Shown: positions 56,816-64,000 of the stretch, piece by piece
How the letters are laid out: every line of letters begins with the position of its first letter
Position numbering within the stretch: the first letter of the stretch is position 1
Made by a program: the position numbers and the translations under genes
Assembly (NCBI GenBank): GCA_963785305.1
Contig: CAWAUV010000004.1
Span: 320,001 to 384,000 of the forward strand
Origin: an uncultured Planctomycetaceae bacterium
Lineage (GTDB): Bacteria; Planctomycetota; Planctomycetia; Pirellulales; PALSA-1355
DNA: 64,000 nucleotides
Direction: 5' to 3'
The notes under the pieces: generated by a model
Told to the model about the DNA's origin: nothing
What the model saw: only the letters and a program-made list of their open reading frames with translations
Database searches by the model: none

Positions 56816-57862
56816 TTATCGCTTCGGCGGGGCGGGACCGGGCGCTTGCTGGGATTCACCCACTTCGATGCGGATCGCTTTGTGGCCTTTGTAAGCCCCC
56901 GGCAGGGCAAGGAACTTGGGGATGCCTTCGACGCTCACCCAGATCGGGCTGGCCGTGTCTTTTTCCGTGGTGATGATGTCGCCCACTCGGAGCCCGATCA
57001 TGTCCGATGTCGTGATCGTCGTCTCGGCCAGATGCACGATCAACTCCACCAGCGAGCCTTGCAGCGAGCCGCTGATCTGTTTGATCGTTTCGGGAGAGGC
57101 CTGGCGCTTGCCGTAGCTGATCCAGGAATTGTTCGACAGCTTGGCGCCGATCCGCTCGATCGAGTTAAACGGAATGCACAAGTTCATCATTCCGCGCAGC
57201 TCGCCGATCGTGAGCTCGAAACTGATGAGCACCACGACTTCATTGGGCGGCACGATCTGCACAAGTTGCGGGTTGCTTTCCACGCGATCGACCGAGAGAT
57301 CGAGATCGACCACGTTTTCCCAGGCGCGATGCAACTCGACCAGAAACAGTCCGGTGATGCGCGACACGAGGCGAAGCTCGATCTCGGTGAGCGGTCTGCG
57401 GGCCAGCGGGCCGGTTTCGCGCCCGCCGCCGAGCAACCGATCGATGATCGGATAGAGAATCGACGGATTGATGTCGAGAATCAGATTGCCTTCGAGCGGC
57501 GCGGCGCGAAGCAGGTTGAAACAGGTGGGGTTTTCGAGACTGAAGACGAACTCGCTGTAGGTCAATTGGTCGACGCTCGTGAGCTTGACCTCGACGATGC
57601 TCCGCAGCAGCGCCGAAAGGGCCGCGCCGAAATTGCGGCCAAATCCCTCGTGCAAGGTTTGCAGGGCCCGCATCTGCTCCTTGCCGACGCGTTCGGGGCG
57701 TTTGAAGTCGTAAGCCGCGACTTTATCGCGATTCTTGGGCGCCGCGGGCGGCGGGGCCGAGCGACGAGCGGCGCCACCGCCGGATTTGCCTCCAAGGCCG
57801 CCCGATTCCATGGCGCTAAGCAGGCTCTCGACTTCCGCCTGACTGAGAACATCGTTGGTCAT
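56816..57862 (-). CDS. fliM: Flagellar motor switch protein FliM
   Basis: '[10 protein letters not shown]', 'YDFKRPERV', 'LTEIE', '[14 protein letters not shown]', C-terminal SpoA domain. Confidence 0.95.
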   Translation of the reverse strand: MTNDVLSQAEVESLLSAMESGGLGGKSGGGAARRSAPPPAAPKNRDKVAAYDFKRPERVGKEQMRALQTLHEGFGRNFGAALSALLRSIVEVKLTSVDQLTYSEFVFSLENPTCFNLLRAAPLEGNLILDINPSILYPIIDRLLGGGRETGPLARRPLTEIELRLVSRITGLFLVELHRAWENVVDLDLSVDRVESNPQLVQIVPPNEVVVLISFELTIGELRGMMNLCIPFNSIERIGAKLSNNSWISYGKRQASPETIKQISGSLQGSLVELIVHLAETTITTSDMIGLRVGDIITTEKDTASPIWVSVEGIPKFLALPGAYKGHKAIRIEVGESQQAPGPAPPKR

Positions 57863-57989
57863 TGTGCGCGGGCCTCCTTGCCCACCCGAGGAAAACGCCT
57901 CGGTCGCGTTGCTCGATCCGTCGGTCCGCTATCCTCAAGCTGTCCGCTGTCGTCCCCCGTCCAAACGCGAGGGGATCGGCGTGGTGGAG

Positions 57990-59264
57990 TTACTCGCGGA
58001 CCTGTCCGTCGCCGAACACGATGTACTTGTAAATGGTCAGCTCCTTGAGTCCACAAGGTCCGCGGGCATGGTATTTGTCGGTGCTGATGCCGATCTCGGC
58101 GCCCAGTCCTAGTTCGCCGCCGTCGTTGAATCGCGTGCTCGCGTTTACGATCACGGCCGCGCTGTCGACCTCGGCCGTGAATCGCCGGGCAGCGGCCAGA
58201 TCGGCGGTGACGATCGCTTCGGTGTGGCGCGAGCCGTGGCGGTTGATGTGTTCGATCGCCGCGGCGAGCGACGGCGCGACTTTGACCGAAATCACGGGCC
58301 CGAGGAATTCGGCGAAATAGTCGGCCTCGGTCGCGAGTTGGGCCGCCGGCGCCAGGCGACAGGTCTCTTCGTCGCCGCGCAGTTCGATCTGCCGGGCGGC
58401 GAGCGCGGCGCCGATCCGGGGCAGAAACTTGGCCGCCACATCGCGATGCACCACGAGCGATTCGGCCGCGTTGCAGACACCCATGCGCTGGCATTTCGAA
58501 TTGATCACGATCCGCTCGGCCATGTCGAGATCGGCCGCGCGGTCGACATAGACATGGCAATTGCCGGCGAAGTGTTTCATCACCGGCATCGTGGCCTCGG
58601 CCACCACGCGGCGAATCAACTGCTCGCCGCCGCGCGGAATCGCGAGGTCGATATAGTGATCGAGCTTGAGGAAGTGTCCCACGGCCTGCCGGTCGGAAGT
58701 GCTCACGAGTTGCAGGGCGTCGCTCGGCAGCCCGGTCGCTTCGGCGGCTTCGCGGAGCACTTCGACAATGGCCCGGCTCGAATGGGCCGCTTCTTTTCCG
58801 CCACGCAGGATCACGGCATTGCCGCTTTTCACGCAAATCGCGGCGGCGTCGGCCGTTACATTGGGACGCGATTCGTAGATGAAAAACACCACGCCCAGCG
58901 GCACGCGCACGCGTCGCACTTCGAGCCCATTGGGCCGGATCGACGAGTCGATGACCTCGCCCACCGGGTCGGGCAGCGTGGCGACCTCATCGAGCGCCCC
59001 GGCGATCGCCGCCACGCTCTTGGCCGAAAGCCGCAGCCGGTCGACCGCGGCCGGGGCGAGCTTGAATCCCGGGGCGGCTTCGAGATCGCACGCATTGGCG
59101 GCGAGAATCTCACCGGTGCGCTCGCGGAGCATTGCCGCGGCGCGGCGCAGCCATGCGTTTTTTACTTCGCCGCGCACTTGGGCGAGCTCGCTCGACGCGG
59201 CCCGCGCCCGCTGGGCGACTTGAGTCGCGTAGGCTTCGAGATTCAGGGAGTCAGCCACGGCCAT
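57990..59264 (-). CDS. proA: Gamma-glutamyl phosphate reductase
   Basis: '[16 protein letters not shown]', 'LRGGKEA', 'GVCNA', '[11 protein letters not shown]', 'GAEIGIST', 'HARGP'. Confidence 0.96.
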   Translation of the reverse strand: MAVADSLNLEAYATQVAQRARAASSELAQVRGEVKNAWLRRAAAMLRERTGEILAANACDLEAAPGFKLAPAAVDRLRLSAKSVAAIAGALDEVATLPDPVGEVIDSSIRPNGLEVRRVRVPLGVVFFIYESRPNVTADAAAICVKSGNAVILRGGKEAAHSSRAIVEVLREAAEATGLPSDALQLVSTSDRQAVGHFLKLDHYIDLAIPRGGEQLIRRVVAEATMPVMKHFAGNCHVYVDRAADLDMAERIVINSKCQRMGVCNAAESLVVHRDVAAKFLPRIGAALAARQIELRGDEETCRLAPAAQLATEADYFAEFLGPVISVKVAPSLAAAIEHINRHGSRHTEAIVTADLAAARRFTAEVDSAAVIVNASTRFNDGGELGLGAEIGISTDKYHARGPCGLKELTIYKYIVFGDGQVRE

Positions 59265-59558
59265 CGGGGTATCTCGAGCGCGTTGTTGCGAACTTGGCGG
59301 AAAACGGGCCCAAGCTCCGGCCCGAAAAGTTCGATTGGGCCGGTAAGCTATTGCCTCGACAATGGTTATCGCCGAAACTGATATCAATCGGCCCTACGAT
59401 GGAAGTATCGGCCAATCCGCGAGCAGAGTCAACGTCGAAGCGGCAACTGGACTTTGTCTCGCGAGCGGAAATCGCGTAGGATTCCGCCGCGTGGCGGGCA
59501 TTCCCGCATTCACCGCCGCGCCTCGACGCCCCCGGAAAGCGAAAAAAGGAGTCGGCCG

Positions 59559-60063
59559 ATGGGTAACAATCTTCGACCGGGAAAAATCCGCCTGCAAGCT
59601 GTGTCGGCGCTTGGTTTTTTCATGGCGGTCTCATTGGCGGCTGTCGCGCCGGCGGCGGATGAGGCCGTGGTGCATGCCAGCGCCAAAATCCTGCCGGCCC
59701 AGGGCTCGAACCCGCCCAGGTTGCAAGTCGCCGCGAAGATCAACGATGGCTGGCACATCTATTCGATCACCCAAAAACCGGGCGGCCCGGTGAGAACCAA
59801 GATCAAGCTCGGGGAATCATCGCGACTTCAAGATCGGCGAATTCAAGGCGATCACGCCGCCGGCAAGTCATCCCGAGCCCGATTTCGACAATCTGATCGT
59901 GGAGGAGCATTCGGGCGAGGCGGTTTGGGAAGCGCCGCTGAGTGTCAGCGGGCCGATCACCGACCTGAAGATCACCGGCGCCGTGAACGCCCAGGCGTGC
60001 AGCAACGCCTGCTTGCCGCCGACGGATTATAAGTTCGAGACTGTCGGAGATGGGAAGAAGTAG
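59559..60063 (+). CDS. Stand-alone DsbD N-terminal (alpha)-like domain protein (frameshift near 59820)
   Basis: AAAGGAG RBS, signal-like N-terminus, 'GWHIYS', 'QACSNACLPP'. Confidence 0.75.
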
Positions 60064-60146
60064 CTAGCACGCGATAGTCCAAGAGAAAATGTCGCTTGGC
60101 GCATTGCTTGCCGCCGCTACGTCGTTGCTTATTAGAAAGTGGTCCG

Positions 60147-62818
60147 ATGCGTTTCGCCCTTGATCGTATTCCGGCGGCGGTTGTTCTGACGCTCGGCCTG
60201 ACGCTGCTGACCTCGATCGCGTCGAACGTGGCGGTTGCTCAGGATCGCCCCTTCGGCAAGCCCGGCGCTCTGGGCGGGGGGCTCTTTGGAGGCGGGGGCG
60301 GCTCATTGGGAGGCCCTCGAAATGGTGGCGACGCGGTAATCTTGGTCGACGCCAAGGTTCTGCCGGCCGAGGGCAAACAGCCGGCCCGGCTCCGCCTCAC
60401 CGCCACGATCCAAGACGGCTGGCACACGTTCTCCATCACGCAGCCGCCCGGCGGGCCGATCAAAACCAAGATCAAGGTCGAGCCGCAAGCAGGACTAAAA
60501 GTCGGCCTGTTCAAAACGATCACGCCGCCCGATAGGCATCAGGACCCGGCCTTTGACAATGCCACGGTCGAAGAACACTCCGGCACGGCGGTATGGGAAG
60601 CGCCGCTCGCGATCGAACCGGCCTTGGAGCCGGGCGACCTGCGCATCGCGGGGGCGGTGCGAGCCCAGGCATGCAAGACAAGCTGCATTCCGCCGACGAA
60701 CTACAAATTCGAAACCACGCTCGACGCCGAAGCCCGAGCCGCCGTCGCCAACGCCGCGGCCTATGCCGCTTTTCAGAGCGACGCCGAGCTTCCGACGCCC
60801 GGGACTGTCGTGTCGGCGCGAAGCGAACATGCTTCATCCAACGATCAGCCATCGGAGCGACAAGCCGCCGAGCTCTGGCCCGACGCAACGCCCGAATATC
60901 GCGGTCCGGGGAGCCATTTGACCCTTCGCGGCCAAGTGACTCCGGCAGTGGCGGCGCCGGGCGGCAAAATTCGTTTGCTACTATCGGCCACGCCAGAGCC
61001 GCCATTTCATGCCTACGCCCTGGCCGCCGAGGACAATGGCACGATCGGTCGCGGCAAGCCGACCTTGATCAAATTGCTCTCGACGCCCGGCTTCACGTTT
61101 TCCCGGCCCGAGGCGACGACCCCATCGATCTCGAATCCCGGGCCCGATGCGCCGATGAATGTCGACCGGTACTATAGCGGCGCGGTCGATTTTTCGCTCG
61201 AAGCCACGATCGATCGCGACGCCGCGCCCGGCAAACATGCGATCGAAGGCGTGGTCAGCTATCAAACCTGCACCTTGGGCAAGAAAGACGACGCCCAGTG
61301 CGATGTGTCCGCGGGCGCCGATTCCGGGCGATGGTCGAGGTGTCGGCGGCCGGGCCGAGCGATGAACCATCGAGCGCCAGCAGCGCCGGCGGCACGGCCG
61401 AGGTTCTGTTCCTGCCGGCCAAATACGATCAATCGCCCGACGACCCTCGAGTCCCGCGGCATGATGTCGACCAGAACGAGAGCGTGAAAGCGCACATTGT
61501 GGAGCTCAATGGCGGGCAGCCCGAAAGCTCGCTGTTGTTCGTTCTGTTTTCGAGCTTCTTGGGCGGATTGATTCTGAACCTCATGCCGTGTGTGTTGCCG
61601 GTGATTGGACTGAAGCTGTTGTCGTTTGTCGGTCAGTCCGGCAATAGTCGCTCGCGCGTGCTCACGCTCAATTTGTGGTATGTGGCCGGGCTATTCGCGG
61701 TGTTTGCCTGCTTGGCCACTCTGGCCGCCGCCGCCTCGCTCGGGCTGGCGAAGTCGAATCTGGGGTGGGGCGAGCAGTTTGCCTCGACCAAATTCAACAT
61801 CACGATGTGCGGTTTGGTGTTTGTCATGGCGCTGAGCTTCGTGGGCGTGTGGGAGATTCCCGTGCCGGGGTTCGTCGGCGCGGGCAAAGGCACGGAGCTT
61901 GCCGCACAAGAGGGCCCCGCGGGCGCATTCTTCAAGGGGGTAATGTCGACCTTGTTGGCCACGCCGTGCAGCGGGCCATTTCTGGGGACCGTGTTCGGGT
62001 TCACGCTCAAGCAGACGCCCGCCGTGACCTACCTCGTGTTTGGATTTATTGCCCTGGGAATGGCCTCGCCGTATTTGATCGTGGGCGCGTTTCCGTCGCT
62101 GATTCGCTGGTTGCCGAAGCCAGGCGCGTGGATGGATGTCTTCAAGCAAGCGATGGGCTTCACGCTCCTGGGCACGGTCGTGTTCTTGCTCTCGTTTCTC
62201 AATCCCAACTATCGCATCGCCACCTTGGCCTTGCTCCTCGGCTTGGGCGCCGCTTGCTGGTGGATCGGACGGACGCCGCTTTATGAGCCGACCGGCAAAC
62301 GGTTGCGGGCCTGGGGCGAAGGCGCCGCGATTGCCGCGGTCGTGGGCTATGTCGGTTTTCGCACCCTCGTCGATCAGCCGCCGTTTCCGCTGCCTTGGCA
62401 ACCCTTTAAGCTCGAGGCGCCGGCCGAGCTCGCGGCCTCGGGCAAGACGGTAATGGTCGACTTCACGGCCGATTGGTGCGCCACCTGCAAATTGAATTTG
62501 CGGCTCGCGCTCAACACCAAGGCGGTGCAAAAAATGGTCGAGCAAAACGGCGTTGTGCCGCTCGTCGGCGATTGGACCGATGGGTCCGACGAAATCAAAA
62601 CCGCGCTCGAGCGCATCTCGAGCGGTTCGATTCCCGTGCTGGCCATCTATCCGGCCGGCCGGCCCGATGAGGTTCTCGTGCTGCGGGATTTGATCAGCGA
62701 GGGCCAGGTGCTCGAAGCCCTGGAGCGCGCTGGCCCATCGCTCGATCGCGGCGCCGCGGCCGAAGACGACGGGCGCGTCAGCTCGACCGCCGCCGGTCAG
62801 GCCGAACGCTCGCGCTGA
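60147..62818 (+). CDS. dsbD: DsbD/ScsB-like thiol:disulfide interchange protein (two alpha domains, TM domain, thioredoxin; frameshift near 61310)
   Basis: 'GWHTFS...QACKTSCIPP', second 'FHAYA...YQTC', 'LNLMPCVLPV', 'LLATPCSGPF', 'PKPGAWM', 'DFTADWCATC'. Confidence 0.88.
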
Positions 62819-63063
62819 GCGAGAACACGATGGCCGCGCGAGCTCGAACTCGCCGTGGCGCCTCGCTTTCGGCACAACCGGCATTCTTCGCGCGATCTCC
62901 CGCGCGGCGCCGCGACGGCCCGCCGATTCGCCGAACGGCGTCCGTTCGCGCCGCCGCTGTTGGCCTAGACTTCTGCGCCGCAACCGCGCGATCATTTGCG
63001 CGGGCGGACCGAATGCGCCGCTCCGGCTTCCGCCCGCGGGTATCCCACCCCGAGAAGGACACC

Positions 63064-64000
63064 ATGAATTCGAACATGCACCGCATTCGCCAGCGAACTT
63101 CGCTCGCCGGGGTGCTCTGTCGAGGGCTCGACACGGCGGCGGTATTCGCCGGCTTTTTGATTGCCGGCTTGCTCGCCAGCGATGGAGCGACCCCGCTGGC
63201 CGCCGCGGTGGCGACGGTGTTGTTTTATTTCGCGGCCGAAATCGCTTCGCTCTATCGCAACTGGCAAGGTGTCTCGCTGGCTCGCGAGGTGGGCTGCGCG
63301 TTCGGTTGCTGGACGCTCGCCCTGGGGCTTTCCGTCGGAGTGGCCTTTGCCCTGCCCTGGTTTGGCGAGGCGGCGCCTCGCATTTCGTTGGCGGCGCTGG
63401 CGTCGTGGTTCGCCGCGACCGCCGGGCTCTTCGCCGCGGTGCGCGTCGGTCTGCGCGCGGCGCAGCGATACTTGCGGGCCAAGGGCTTCCATGTTCGCGG
63501 ATTCGCGATTTTGGGCGTCAATGAACTTGGCTTTCAACTGGCCAGAAACATCGAAAACACACCGCACCTGGGCCTCAAACTCGTCGGCTTTTTCGACGAT
63601 CGGCCGGCGAATCGAATTCCCAATGTGCCCGTGGAAGTCGGCCGGCATGTGGGCACGATCGGCGAGCTCGTCGAACAAGCGCGCGGCGGCGAGATCGACC
63701 GAATTTACATCACGCTGCCGATGCGCACCGAAGATCGCATTCGCCGCCTGCTGGCCGAGTTGAGTGACTCGACCGCTTCGGTGCATATCGTGCCCGACTT
63801 TTTCGTGTTCGAGTTGCTGCATTCATGCTGGACCGATATCGGCGGCTTGCCGGTCGTGAGCGTGTTCGAGCATCCGTTCTATGGCGTCGATGGGCTCGTC
63901 AAACGCGTCACGGACTTGGTGCTCGCCAGTCTGCTCCTGGTAGCGCTGGCCGGGCCGCTGCTCGTGATCGCGCTCGCCGTCAAGCTCACTTCGCCGGGGC
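63064..64000 (+). CDS. wcaJ: Undecaprenyl-phosphate glucose phosphotransferase (WcaJ/GumD type), truncated by window end
   Basis: GAAGGA RBS, 4 TM segments, CoA-binding-like 'VGFFDDR', 'IYITLPM', 'VHIVPD', 'KRVTDL...VKLTSPG'. Confidence 0.88.
   Translation, partial: MNSNMHRIRQRTSLAGVLCRGLDTAAVFAGFLIAGLLASDGATPLAAAVATVLFYFAAEIASLYRNWQGVSLAREVGCAFGCWTLALGLSVGVAFALPWFGEAAPRISLAALASWFAATAGLFAAVRVGLRAAQRYLRAKGFHVRGFAILGVNELGFQLARNIENTPHLGLKLVGFFDDRPANRIPNVPVEVGRHVGTIGELVEQARGGEIDRIYITLPMRTEDRIRRLLAELSDSTASVHIVPDFFVFELLHSCWTDIGGLPVVSVFEHPFYGVDGLVKRVTDLVLASLLLVALAGPLLVIALAVKLTSPG

Overview
High-GC (Planctomycetota, most likely Pirellulales) chromosomal window. The assignment rests on the 16S gene carrying the Pla46F and EUB338-II target sites. 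Contents in order: an IS3-family element cut by the window edge and inserted into an orphan Rhs toxin remnant; a stand-alone 16S rRNA gene with its own promoter, boxA, processing stem and terminator; comM/yifB; a divergently arranged chemosensory cluster (cheR-cheB-cheY-cheC-hybrid kinase versus cheA-cheW-soluble MCP); clpS; an ECF sigma factor; a giant orphan secretin; a divergent pgk; a secreted Cys/His-rich repeat protein; REP/MITE-like repeats; cphA with an ABC transporter and DUF1854; several polytopic (GT-C-like) membrane proteins; slyX; an MscS/MscK-like channel; a three-gene operon FHA-EAL / AAA+ ATPase / Ser-Thr kinase fused to a tubulin/FtsZ-like domain (the best candidate for an uncharacterised system); a Tat oxidoreductase; a PEP-CTERM protein; fliM; proA; two DsbD-type genes; and a partial wcaJ. 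About 19 genes, including housekeeping-type ones, carry 1-2 nt frameshifts. These are probably long-read/consensus indel errors, so such genes are reported as joined CDSs. All family assignments come from motif recognition by eye, not from database searches.
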